Source: an uncultured Gemmatimonadales bacterium
Lineage (GTDB): Bacteria > Gemmatimonadota > Gemmatimonadetes > Gemmatimonadales > Gemmatimonadaceae
Length of the DNA stretch: 64,000 nt
Assembly (NCBI GenBank): GCA_963793305.1
Contig: CAWBZV010000010.1
Span: 1-64,000 of the forward strand
Direction: 5' to 3'
The position numbers were made by a program, and so were the translations under genes. Numbering within the stretch: position 1 is the stretch's first letter; every line of letters begins with the position of its first letter. Positions 1 through 10,049 of the stretch are shown piece by piece. The notes below the pieces were generated by a model. That model saw nothing but the letters and a program-made list of their open reading frames with translations. It was not told the origin of the DNA and searched no databases.

Positions 1-1436
1 CGACCTTACGATGGCGCGTGATTTCGATCTCGGCATTACCGGGCCGCCGCTCGCCATCTCGATGGGGTTCATCGCGTCGGGCCTGACCGAGATGGTCGGC
101 GGGTTCGCGTCCGCGGCCGTGCTCGTCGCGTACCACTGGTGGGCGCCGATCGTGCTCGTCGTCGCGTGGCTGGCCACGCACTGGCTGCTGCGCGAGAGCG
201 CGATCTGGAAGGATCGCGACACGCCAGAGGTGCGCTCCGCGCAGCGGCACGCCGACTACGCCTATCGGCTCGCGGTCGATGCGCCGTCGGCGAAAGAGCT
301 ACGGTTGTTCGGTCTCGCGCAGTGGGTCGTCGACCGGTTCGCGAGTCAGCGCCGCCTGGTGCTCGATCTCCAGTGGCAGGCCACGCGGCTTCGGGAGCGG
401 TCGGTCCTGTTGAGTCTCATCATCGTGCTCGCGGCGAACACGCTTGTGTTCTTGATGATCGCCGCCGACGCCGGCGCCGGGCGGCTCGATCTGGCGCGCA
501 CGGTGACGTTCGTGAGCGCGGCGGCTGGGGCGAGTATGATCGCGTTTGGCGGCTTGTCGTGGGCGCTCGACGGCGCCGCCGCTCCCGTCGCTGCCGTCGC
601 TCGCCTGCGTGAGCCCATGGCGCGGGCCGGCGCGCTGTCAGTCGGTAGCCGCTCTCCTTCCCTCGGCCGCGACATTCCGGTTCCGCGGCCTCGGCTTCGC
701 GTATCCGGGGGCCGAGCGTCCGGTGCTCGATCAGTTCGATCTCACCATCCCCGTCGGCTCATCGCTCGCCATTGTGGGACAGAATGGCGCGGGCAAGACG
801 ACGCTCGCCAAGTTGCTCTGTCGCCTCTACGACCCACAATCCGGCTCGATTGAGATCGACGGCGTCGACCTTCGCGAGCTGGACATCGACTTATGGCGCG
901 CTCGACTCACCGCGGTATTTCAAGATTTTGTTCGCTATGAGCTTTCGCTGCGGGACAACGTTGCGCCCCATGGTGCTCCCGACGACGTGATACGGGATGC
1001 GCTCTTCGCTGCCGGCGCCGCGGATCTAGCGAGCCTGGATACAGTGTTGTCGAAGTCATACGCCGGCGGCACGGATTTGTCGGGCGGCCAGTGGCAGCGC
1101 ATCGCCTTGGCTCGCGCGTTGTGCGCTGTCAAACTAGGCGCGGGCCTGGTGTTGCTCGACGAACCGACCGCGCAACTCGATGTGCGAGGTGAGGCCGAGA
1201 TCTTCGCGTCATTACTTGCGGCCACCCGCAACGTGACGACGATCCTGATCTCGCACCGGTTCTCGACCGTCCGCCAGGTCGACCGCATCTGCGTCCTGGA
1301 GCACGGTCGCGTGATCGAGCTCGGGAGCCACGACGAGCTCATGGCCGCCGGCGGCCGGTATCGCACGATGTTCGATCTCCAAGCATTGCGATTCGACGAG
1401 GAGCCCGACACCGAGACACTCGATGCCATCGCGTAA
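1..1436 (+). CDS. ABC transporter permease/ATP-binding fusion (5' partial; +1 frameshift at ~677)
   Basis: Membrane domain in ORF 11..853. NBD in ORF 546..1436 has GQNGAGKT, LSGGQWQR and LLDEPT. Removing one C at 677-678 joins them as DIRFRGLGFAYP. Confidence 0.9.
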
Positions 1437-3306
1437 ATGGGGGGGCCGGGGGGCGCTCTTGGGGTTTGCCCCCCGGAGGCGAACAGACCAGTCGAGCAGG
1501 GCGAAAGCGCTGCGAGACGAGCCGCGGAGCGGCCTCCCGCCGGCATTGCCGTCGATGTGGCGGGCGCTTCGGCGCGCGTACGAGGCCGAGCCGGCGCTCT
1601 TGGGCGTGTCGTTCGCGCTCGCGCTGGCCTCGTCGTTGCCCGATGCGCTGCTCGCGCTCTGGATCAAGCTCCTCGCCGACGGCATCACGAAGCCCGACCG
1701 CACGCTGTTAACCGTGGCGGCCATTGGCCTCAGCGCATCGGTCCCCGCGACGTGGTTCTTGCGGGTCATCTACGACCGCACCCAACGACGCTTCCGCGAC
1801 CGCGTCGCCGTCTCCCTCGAAGCCCACGTCGCGAAGCTCCAGGCGTCGGTCGCGACCATCGCGCACCACGAGCGCCCCGAGTACCTCGACCGGCTGGCGA
1901 TGTTGCGCGACCAGGTCTTCGTGCTTGACCACATGTACATGTCGCTGTTCACGACGTGCGGATGGCTGCTCCGCCTTGGCGTGACGATCGCGCTGCTCAT
2001 GTCCGTGCATCCCGCGCTGGCGCTGCTGGCGGTGTTCGCGCTCCCGACCGTCCTGACCTCGACCTGGCGCCCGGGCGTCGAGCGTGCCGTGGAAGAAAGC
2101 GCGGCCCCGTCGACTCGGCTCGCCCGCCACCTGTTCGACATTGCGACGACGGCGGCGCCGGGCAAAGAAGTGCGCGTGACGCGCGTCGGCGACCGCCTCG
2201 TGCGCGAGCGCCGTACCGTGTGGGAGCGATGGTACGCACCCGTCGCGGCCAGCCGGTGGAGCAGCGCGCTCTGGCACATGCTCGGCTGGGCGATCTTCGG
2301 CGGGGCGTACGTCGCGGCTATCGTCTTCGTCGCCTCGCGCCCGGCGGCGAGCGCCGGCGCCGTGCTCCTCGTTCTCGCCGCCGGCTCCCGTCTCTCGGCG
2401 TATATCTCGGCCACCGTCGGCGAGATCGGATTCCTGCGTGGCTTCTGGCTCGAGGGATCCCGACGGTTGGCGTGGCTCGAAGACTACGCCGCCGCCGCGA
2501 CCGACGGCGCCGACGCCTCGCCGCCCGAGCGGCTCGTCACCGGGATCCACTTCGATCACGTCTCGTTCTCCTATCCCGGTACGACTCGGCGCGTGCTGGA
2601 GGACATCACACTCGATCTGCCCGCTGGATCCGTCGTCGCACTGGTCGGCGAGAATGGCGCGGGGAAAACAACCCTCGTCAAGCTCCTCTGCCGCCTGTAT
2701 CCGCCGGACGAAGGACACATCTTGGTCGACGGGGTCGATCTCGCTCGCGTTCGGCCGGACGAGTGGCGGGCGCGGCTCGCCGGAGCATTCCAGGACTTCT
2801 TCCGGTTCGAGTTTCGGGCGCGGCACACGGTCGGCCTTGGCGATATGCCGCGGCTCGATGACCAACCCGCTGTTGCGATGGCGCTCGACCGCGCAGGCGC
2901 AGGCGATGTCATTGACCGCCTGCCAAGTGGACTGGAGACGCAGCTCGGCGTGACGTGGCCTGAGGGGGCCGAGGTCAGTTTCGGCCAATGGCAGAAACTG
3001 GCGCTCGCCCGGGGTTTTATGCGCGATGTCCCTTTGCTCCTTATTCTCGACGAGCCCACGGCTGCACTCGACGCCGAGACTGAGCACGCGTTGTTCGAGC
3101 GCTATTCGGCCGCTGCGCGCAACGGCATGGAATCGGGGCGGATCACCGTCTTGGTCTCGCACCGGTTCAGTACCGTGCGCATGGCCGATTATATAATCGT
3201 CTTGGATGGCGCTCACGTCGTCGAGACCGGCACGCATGATGCGCTGATGGCCAAAGGCGGACAGTATGCCGAGCTCTACGGAATCCAAGCCGCGGCCTAT
3301 CGATGA
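1423..3306 (+). CDS. ABC transporter permease/ATP-binding fusion, heterodimer partner of the upstream gene
   Basis: TM helices, then GENGAGKT, VSFGQWQK, ILDEPT and SHRFST. The true start may be 1555. Confidence 0.92.
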   Translation: MPSRKWGGRGALLGFAPRRRTDQSSRAKALRDEPRSGLPPALPSMWRALRRAYEAEPALLGVSFALALASSLPDALLALWIKLLADGITKPDRTLLTVAAIGLSASVPATWFLRVIYDRTQRRFRDRVAVSLEAHVAKLQASVATIAHHERPEYLDRLAMLRDQVFVLDHMYMSLFTTCGWLLRLGVTIALLMSVHPALALLAVFALPTVLTSTWRPGVERAVEESAAPSTRLARHLFDIATTAAPGKEVRVTRVGDRLVRERRTVWERWYAPVAASRWSSALWHMLGWAIFGGAYVAAIVFVASRPAASAGAVLLVLAAGSRLSAYISATVGEIGFLRGFWLEGSRRLAWLEDYAAAATDGADASPPERLVTGIHFDHVSFSYPGTTRRVLEDITLDLPAGSVVALVGENGAGKTTLVKLLCRLYPPDEGHILVDGVDLARVRPDEWRARLAGAFQDFFRFEFRARHTVGLGDMPRLDDQPAVAMALDRAGAGDVIDRLPSGLETQLGVTWPEGAEVSFGQWQKLALARGFMRDVPLLLILDEPTAALDAETEHALFERYSAAARNGMESGRITVLVSHRFSTVRMADYIIVLDGAHVVETGTHDALMAKGGQYAELYGIQAAAYR

Positions 3307-4913
3307 TTCGAATTGCGTTGGCCCTATCGCTGTTCGCACGAGTGGCGGCAGCACAATGGTGGCAGCACGCGGTGGTCTACGAGATCTATCCCCGCAGCTT
3401 CCAAGACTCGAACGGGGATGGCATCGGCGACCTCAAGGGAATTACATCCCGCCTCGACTATCTCCATGACCTCGGCATCGATGCGATCTGGCTGACGCCA
3501 ATCTATCCGTCGCCCCAGGTCGACTTTGGCTACGACATCTCGAACTACGAAGCGATCGACCCGCAATACGGCACGCTCGCCGATTTCGATACGCTGGTAC
3601 ATGAGGCGCGGAAACGAGGGATTCGCATCCTGATGGACATGGTGATGAACCACACCTCGGACCAACACCCGTGGTTCATCGAATCCCGATCATCGCGCAC
3701 GAACCCGAAGCGCGACTGGTACGTGTGGCGCGATGGCAAGGGGCCCGGGCAACCGCCGAACAACTGGCTCGCGCTCTTCGGCCACTCGGCGTGGCAATAC
3801 GATAGCGGGACGGGCCAGTACTACTATCACAAGTTCTATCCGCAGCAGCCCGATCTCAACTGGCGAAACCCCGCCGTCGAGAGAGCGATGTTCCGCGCCG
3901 TACGGTTCTGGCTCGATCGCGGGGTGGCCGGATTTCGGCTCGACGCCATCACCAATCTCTTCGAGGATCCACAACTCCGCGATGAGCGGGTCCTCGGCGG
4001 CACGAACGCCTATGGTGATCCCAACGAAGACGATGCCCGGACGGACAACCTGCCGGAGGTCCACGACGTCCTGCGTTCCCTGCGCGTAGTGATCAATTCG
4101 TATCCGGGCGATCGCGTGCTCATCGGGGAGACCTATCTCCATGGCCCCGAGGATCTCAACAAGATGTACGGCAAGAACGACGATGAGCTTCAGCTCCCCA
4201 TGGACATGCAGGTCGGCCTCATCGATACGCTCGATGCGGCTGCCTACAGGCGCCGCATCACCGAGGCCGAAACCATGGTGCGCGGTAACATGCCGCTCTT
4301 CGTGTTCAACAACCACGATATCCACCGAAGCTGGGATCGCTATCATCCGTCAGCCGCGCGCATCGTCGCCACGATTCTCTTGGCCACCAGAGCGACGGCC
4401 CAGCTGTACTACGGCGAAGAGATCGGCATGACGACCACGACGCCCGCGCGAAAAGAGGACGTGCGCGATCCCATCGGTATCATTGGGTGGCCGCGAGAGA
4501 AAGGGCGTGATGGAGAGCGCACGCCCATGCAGTGGGACGCGACCGCCAATGGTGGCTTTACGACCGGAAGTCCGTGGTTACCGGTGCCATCGTCGAGCGA
4601 CACGGCCAATGTCGCGCGGGAGCAGGCGAATCCCGGCTCGTTGTTGTCGTGGTACAAGCGGCTGATAGCGCTGCGTCGGACGGATCCGGCCATGGCTCGT
4701 GGCGACAACGCCATGCTGGATTACGACAGCCTCAATGTCCTGGTTTGGCTGCGGAAGATCCCGGGGAGGACCGTGGTCGTTGCGTGCAATCTGAGCGCGC
4801 AGCCGAAGGCCGTCGTGCTCCGAGGCGCGCTGCGGCCGATCCTCCGCTCCGACTCCGCCGCCACCGGACGCTCGCTGCCGCCGTACGCGGTCTACATCGG
4901 CGCGGTCGAGTAG
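3303..4913 (+). CDS. GH13 alpha-glucosidase/oligo-1,6-glucosidase with signal peptide
   Basis: YEIYPRSFQDSNGDGIGDL, MNHTS, GFRLDA, IGE and NNHD motifs. ATGA overlap with the upstream gene. Confidence 0.93.
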   Translation: MIRIALALSLFARVAAAQWWQHAVVYEIYPRSFQDSNGDGIGDLKGITSRLDYLHDLGIDAIWLTPIYPSPQVDFGYDISNYEAIDPQYGTLADFDTLVHEARKRGIRILMDMVMNHTSDQHPWFIESRSSRTNPKRDWYVWRDGKGPGQPPNNWLALFGHSAWQYDSGTGQYYYHKFYPQQPDLNWRNPAVERAMFRAVRFWLDRGVAGFRLDAITNLFEDPQLRDERVLGGTNAYGDPNEDDARTDNLPEVHDVLRSLRVVINSYPGDRVLIGETYLHGPEDLNKMYGKNDDELQLPMDMQVGLIDTLDAAAYRRRITEAETMVRGNMPLFVFNNHDIHRSWDRYHPSAARIVATILLATRATAQLYYGEEIGMTTTTPARKEDVRDPIGIIGWPREKGRDGERTPMQWDATANGGFTTGSPWLPVPSSSDTANVAREQANPGSLLSWYKRLIALRRTDPAMARGDNAMLDYDSLNVLVWLRKIPGRTVVVACNLSAQPKAVVLRGALRPILRSDSAATGRSLPPYAVYIGAVE

Positions 4914-5518
4914 TCGAGGAACTCGACGACCCCGGTCTCCAGCGAATACTCGGCGCCGACGACCATGAGTCCGTCGGTCTGACCGAGCTGCTCGAGGATG
5001 GCCGACCCGTGCCGCAGGTGGTCGACCGACGTCCGGACATTGGAGCGTACGGCTTCCCGGGCGAGCGCGTCGGGGTCATTGCGGAGCTCAGTGCGCAGGA
5101 GCCCTTCCACGGACGGCCGCACGCGATCGACGATCGAGCGCAGGTTGAGCGATTGGTGATCGGCCGGCTGCGTAAGCTCTTCGATCGTCGCCTGGATCGC
5201 CCCACACCGGGTGTGCCCGAGCACGACCACGAGCCGCGTGCCGAACCGCGAGGCCGCGAACTCGACGCTGCCGACTTGCGACGGCGCGACGATGTTGCCC
5301 GCGACCCGGATCACGAACAGGTCGCCGAGCCCCTGGTCGAACACCAGCTCGGCCGGCACGCGAGCGTCGGAGCAGCCGAGGATGATGGCGAACGGATTCT
5401 GGTCGAGCGAGAGCTCGATTCGGCGGCCGCCGCTCGAGCGCGGCCGCCTGCCGACATCGGCCACAAACCGGCGGTTGCCTTCGCGCAGGCGGCCCAGGGC
5501 CTCGAGTGCAGAGATCAT
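4892..5518 (-). CDS. beta-class carbonic anhydrase
   Basis: Zinc motifs CSDAR and HTRCG; RVAGN. Confidence 0.95.
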   Translation of the reverse strand: MISALEALGRLREGNRRFVADVGRRPRSSGGRRIELSLDQNPFAIILGCSDARVPAELVFDQGLGDLFVIRVAGNIVAPSQVGSVEFAASRFGTRLVVVLGHTRCGAIQATIEELTQPADHQSLNLRSIVDRVRPSVEGLLRTELRNDPDALAREAVRSNVRTSVDHLRHGSAILEQLGQTDGLMVVGAEYSLETGVVEFLDYSTAPM

Positions 5519-5548
5519 CGGAGAAGAAAACTGCTATTTTGATGCACG

Positions 5549-6880
5549 ATGCGCGACACCTGGGTGCTCGCTTTGATCATGGCGGCCAGCCTTTCGCCCG
5601 CGGCGGCCCGGGCTCAGGCCATGCAGTACGCGGCCCATGGCGACGCCGATACGGTGTTCGCGCAGATCCGGTCCCGGCTCGAGCACCTCAAGTACCACGA
5701 GGACGCCGTCGACGCCCCCAACCGGTGGATGGTCGTGGAACCGCCCGGCTACAAGACCAAGGTGGAGATCCGCATCGATGCGGTCCGCGACTCCGCGACC
5801 GTCACGATCAAGCCGCTCGACGCGAAAGACATGGTGTCGCAGTTGCAAGCCATGCTCATCGTGACGAAGGACGCCGCGATCGAAGACAACGCCAAGACAT
5901 CGGGACGCCCGTCAGCGGCTGGCGAGCTGCCGCCCTCGCGCTGGCGTCCGGAGATGTTCCTGTCACCCTTGGGGCGCCTGTGGATCGCGCGCAGCGGACT
6001 CTTTACCACCGATTCGTTGGGCGGCAGCTGGCGTTCGAGCTTCGACCCACAGCATGCGGGGATCGACGACCAGTCGGTGAGCATCGGCACGAGCATGGCG
6101 TTCGTCGACGAAGACACGCTGTATATGGGCCTGAGAGACGCCTTTGACGGCAAAGCCCACCCGCGCCTCTACCGGTCGACGGATGCCGGCAAGTCGTGGT
6201 CGACGGTACCGACGGGCGGGATCGGAGGTGTGGATGCGATGGAGGCCGTCGGTGGCTCCATCTGGGCGTTCGCCACGTATTTCGATCACGATACCCGCCG
6301 GACGGCATTCCTGCGCAGTGCCAACGGCGGCGGGACGTGGACCCGCGCGCCACTCCCTACGGATCTGCGCAATGTCACCCACGTCTATCGTCTTACGGCA
6401 GCAGTCGCGTACCTGGCGACGAGCGGCGACAGCGCGCGGCCCGCGTTCTGGTGGACGGGCGACAGTGGCACCACCTGGCGCTCGATTCCAACGCCACGCG
6501 ATCAAAAGGTCAACGATGTCCCGGACTATGGGACTCGCATCGAGCGTATCGCGACCGTCGGGCAGTGGCTCGTCGTGCGTGAGTACGGCGCGGTCTTCGT
6601 CACTCTCCCCGACAGCCTGCATTGGCGCCGATTGCCCGATCTCAAGGACATCGCCGCGGATCGCGAGCGCGATCAACTGTTCGCGCTGACCAAAGACCAT
6701 CAACCCGAGATGCTCGACGCCCAGCTCAAGGTGATTTGGCAATGCCGCGGCAAGATCGCGCATCCTGAAAACATCGAGGGCGTCCTGGCACGAGACGGCG
6801 TGGGCTATGTCTGGATGAGTGGCGGCACGATCTACGAAGCCCGGGATGGGGCCCTTCGCGAGCGCCAACCGCGGCCATAG
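5549..6880 (+). CDS. secreted BNR/Asp-box repeat beta-propeller protein
   Basis: Signal peptide; repeats RSTDAGKSW, RSANGGGTW, TGDSGTTW and TDSLGGSW. Confidence 0.75.
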   Translation: MRDTWVLALIMAASLSPAAARAQAMQYAAHGDADTVFAQIRSRLEHLKYHEDAVDAPNRWMVVEPPGYKTKVEIRIDAVRDSATVTIKPLDAKDMVSQLQAMLIVTKDAAIEDNAKTSGRPSAAGELPPSRWRPEMFLSPLGRLWIARSGLFTTDSLGGSWRSSFDPQHAGIDDQSVSIGTSMAFVDEDTLYMGLRDAFDGKAHPRLYRSTDAGKSWSTVPTGGIGGVDAMEAVGGSIWAFATYFDHDTRRTAFLRSANGGGTWTRAPLPTDLRNVTHVYRLTAAVAYLATSGDSARPAFWWTGDSGTTWRSIPTPRDQKVNDVPDYGTRIERIATVGQWLVVREYGAVFVTLPDSLHWRRLPDLKDIAADRERDQLFALTKDHQPEMLDAQLKVIWQCRGKIAHPENIEGVLARDGVGYVWMSGGTIYEARDGALRERQPRP

Positions 6881-9393
6881 CCATTCGCCAGTGCCACCTC
6901 GGCGCGGCGCTCGGCGTCGAGTGCCGCTTCCTGGTCGCCCAACGCGAACTGCGTGCGCGAGATGAGCATATAGGCTTCCCCGGCAAACGCGCTGCGGCTG
7001 GCGGCCAGCGAGTCGACTAACGCCGCGCGGAGCCCGAGGCGCGCGAGCGAATCCGCGCCGCGAACGTCGCCGGCCGCGAGGCGCCATTCGCCCGCGAACA
7101 CGAAGGGCATCGCGAAGTGCGTGAGCGGCGGCCGGCCGTCGGCGGCGAGCAGCGCGAGCTCGTGCTCCAAGGCCTTCGAGGCACCAGCGTGGTCGCCCAT
7201 CGCCCGTCGTATGCGCGCGCGCAGGAGCGCTGCGGTCGCGCGCTCACCGCGCGTCTCGGCCGGGAGGTGAGCGCTCTCTCGCTGCGCCTCGGCGACTCGG
7301 CCTTGCTCGAGCCGCAACTCCGTCATGGCGGCGGGTAGCCACAACGGTATCATGCCAGCGCCTTGCGTCGTGTCGAGCGCGGCCCGACTGAGCCAGAGGT
7401 CAGCCGTGTCGATCTGCCCGAGCCGGAGCTTGGCCTGGCCATAGAGCAAGGCAAGGAGCGTGGAGACGTGTCCTGCGCCGTGGGCGAGCTCCTGCTCATG
7501 CACGAACGGCGTGAGCTCGGAATCCACCGCGGCGAACTCGCCCAGTTCCGAGAGCGAGCCGTAGAGGAATGTCAGCACATTCGGGACTTGCTCCGCCGTG
7601 CCGTAACCGGCCGAGTCCAACTCGGCGACGACTTGCCAATGGTATGGGAGTCCCTCGCGGGTTCGCCCGGACAACCGGAGCGCGCCCGCGAGATCGTTGA
7701 TCGTCGACAGCCGATCCGTGCTGTTCCGATCAATGTCGACGATCGCCACCGCGCGCCGTAGCAACGCAATGCCCGAGTCGGGCTTGCCCGCGGCGACCAT
7801 GTACTGTCCTTCGGCGTCGAGGCAACTGGCTCTCACTTTCGGATCGACAATCCGTTGGGCATGGGCTTCCGACAGGTCGATGCTCGCGGAGTCCAACATG
7901 TCATCGAAGGCGAAACTGTACACTCTCAGGCAATCGGTCAGGGCAATCTGTTCCGGTAAGTTCGCGCCGCGAGCGATCGCACGCGCACGGGCCAGCATGC
8001 CGCGCTGCGCGACGCGATCGCCGACTTCGTAGAACCGCCCGGCCAGATCGGCCATGACCTCCGCCACGAGCCCCGGTTCGCTGCGGAACTGCGAGGTGAG
8101 CACGCGCTCGGCTAACGCAATGCGCTGGACACTGGAGAGTGGCCGACCATCCGGGCCACGCGAGTCTCCGGCGAGCACGAGTTGCAGATCGGAGAGCGCC
8201 GCCGATCGCCTCGAGCTCTGGACCGCAACGTCGCGCTGTTGTCTCGCTTCGCGCATTTGTGTGATCGAGAAACCCGTCGCGCCGACGAGGGTGGCGGCGA
8301 CGACCGCCCCCGTCACCGTCGTGACGCGATTGCGCCGCACGAATTTCCAGGCGCGATACGCGATCGATGCTCGCCGCGCGCTGACGGGCTCGCAGCGCAA
8401 ATATCGTTCGAGATCGTCGCCGAAGGCCGCGACGGTCTGGTACCGCTTCTCGGGTGGTTTGCTCAGCGCCTTGGAGAGGACGGCGTCGAGATCGCCGAGC
8501 CCCAGTCGCGCGGGCTCGACGGTCAACAACGCGCGCGGTGTCTCGCCGGTCGGGTGGCGACCCGACAGCAGGATGTACAACAAGACGCCGAGCGCATAGA
8601 CGTCGGTGGCGGTCGTGACGACTTCGCCCCAGAGTTGCTCTGGCGCGGCGAACTCCGGGGTCAGGACCCGTGTTCCCTCGACCGTGAGTTTGGCGGTTCC
8701 GCTCGCGTCGGGTTCGAGCATCTTGGCGATACCGAAGTCGAGCAACTTCACCGATCCATCGCGCGTCACGAGGATGTTGCTCGGCTTGAGATCGCAATGG
8801 ACGATGAGGTTCGCGTGCGCATGGCCGACCGCCGCGAGGACCTGCAGGACGAGGCGGACGCGCTCCTCGTGCGTCAGCGCCCATTGTTCGGCGAAGACAT
8901 CGATCGGCTCGCCGTCGATGTACTCCAGTACCAGGAACGGCTGCCCGCTGGGGCTCACACCGGCGTCGAGGAGTCGCGCGATGCCCGGGTGCGCGAGTCG
9001 CGCCAGCACCGAGCCTTCGCGCCGAAAGCGCTCCTCTCCAGCGGCGCTGTGGAGCGCGCGATTCAAGAGCTTGACGGCGGCGCGGCCCTCGAAGCGTCCG
9101 TCGGTGCGATGGGCGAGCCAGACCGTGCCCATGCCACCCTGGCCGATCGGACGCTCCAGTGCATAGGCGCCGAGCTCGAGACCGGGAAGCTTCGTGTCGA
9201 TCGGCGCGTCCAAGAACCCGCGTGCATCGGCGACGGTCTCCGAGTCGAGGAGCGCGATCAGTTCCGCCGCTATCGTCGGCGATGTCGACGTGAGCTCCGC
9301 AAGCCACGCGGCGCGCTCGTCGTCTGGAAGATCGAGCGCGCGATTGAGCAATGGCTCGAGTGCGGCCCAGCGGTTGGCGTCGAGACTCAACAC
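6832..9393 (-). CDS. membrane Ser/Thr protein kinase with C-terminal TPR-like helical region
   Basis: GQGGMG, AVK, HCDLKPSN, DFG and APE motifs, then a TM helix. Confidence 0.93.
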   Translation of the reverse strand: MLSLDANRWAALEPLLNRALDLPDDERAAWLAELTSTSPTIAAELIALLDSETVADARGFLDAPIDTKLPGLELGAYALERPIGQGGMGTVWLAHRTDGRFEGRAAVKLLNRALHSAAGEERFRREGSVLARLAHPGIARLLDAGVSPSGQPFLVLEYIDGEPIDVFAEQWALTHEERVRLVLQVLAAVGHAHANLIVHCDLKPSNILVTRDGSVKLLDFGIAKMLEPDASGTAKLTVEGTRVLTPEFAAPEQLWGEVVTTATDVYALGVLLYILLSGRHPTGETPRALLTVEPARLGLGDLDAVLSKALSKPPEKRYQTVAAFGDDLERYLRCEPVSARRASIAYRAWKFVRRNRVTTVTGAVVAATLVGATGFSITQMREARQQRDVAVQSSRRSAALSDLQLVLAGDSRGPDGRPLSSVQRIALAERVLTSQFRSEPGLVAEVMADLAGRFYEVGDRVAQRGMLARARAIARGANLPEQIALTDCLRVYSFAFDDMLDSASIDLSEAHAQRIVDPKVRASCLDAEGQYMVAAGKPDSGIALLRRAVAIVDIDRNSTDRLSTINDLAGALRLSGRTREGLPYHWQVVAELDSAGYGTAEQVPNVLTFLYGSLSELGEFAAVDSELTPFVHEQELAHGAGHVSTLLALLYGQAKLRLGQIDTADLWLSRAALDTTQGAGMIPLWLPAAMTELRLEQGRVAEAQRESAHLPAETRGERATAALLRARIRRAMGDHAGASKALEHELALLAADGRPPLTHFAMPFVFAGEWRLAAGDVRGADSLARLGLRAALVDSLAASRSAFAGEAYMLISRTQFALGDQEAALDAERRAEVALANGYGRGWRSRRAPSRAS

Positions 9394-9408
9394 ACTATGT
9401 TATACGAA

Positions 9409-9969
9409 ATGTCCGACGCGAACGTGTCGTCCACAGGGACTGATCGTCCCAATGAACTGTTCACCGCGCTGTACAGCGAGCTCCATCGGCTCGCCGAGTA
9501 CAACCTGCGGAAGAGCGGCGGCGCGTTGACGCTGGGCGCGACGACACTCGTGCACGAGGCGTATCTCAACGTCTCGCGCCACGACAGTGGGTTCGCCGAC
9601 CGCGCGCATTTCTTGGCGTATGCATCGCGCGCGATGCGCACGTTGGTCATCGATTACGCACGTCGACGTCAGGCGACGAAGCGCGGGCGGCATTTGGAGA
9701 TCACGCTGAGCGGCGAGGAGCCGCCGACGGCGGCCGCCGAGCGAACCGCCGTGGAGCTGGAGGAGCTCAGCGATGCGTTGGACCGGCTGGCGACGCTGGA
9801 GCCCGCGCTCGCCGAGCTCGTGGATCTGCATTTCTTCTGCGGGTTCACGTTTGCCGAGATTGCCGATGCGCGGGGCATCTCGACGCGGACCGTCCACCGC
9901 GACTGGCGGAAGGCCCGCCTGCTGCTGCAGCACGTGCTGTTGTCGGACTCGGAGGCCCATCTGCGATAG
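9409..9969 (+). CDS. ECF sigma factor of the kinase-associated type (TIGR02999-like)
   Basis: LYSELHRLA, ATTLVHEAYL, AMRTLVIDYAR and TVHRDWRKAR; C-terminal part of ORF 8182..9969. Confidence 0.9.
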   Translation: MSDANVSSTGTDRPNELFTALYSELHRLAEYNLRKSGGALTLGATTLVHEAYLNVSRHDSGFADRAHFLAYASRAMRTLVIDYARRRQATKRGRHLEITLSGEEPPTAAAERTAVELEELSDALDRLATLEPALAELVDLHFFCGFTFAEIADARGISTRTVHRDWRKARLLLQHVLLSDSEAHLR

Positions 9970-10049
9970 ATGGGTATGCCGAATGAGCCGACTAAAATCG
10001 AGAAAGAACCCGAGCTGACAGGTTTCGAGATCCTCGGTATAATTGGCGG

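Noticed and set aside
660..700. Programmed ribosomal frameshifting at this and the other split genes
   Set aside because: No slippery heptamers or shared context; unrelated families are affected, which fits sequencing error better.
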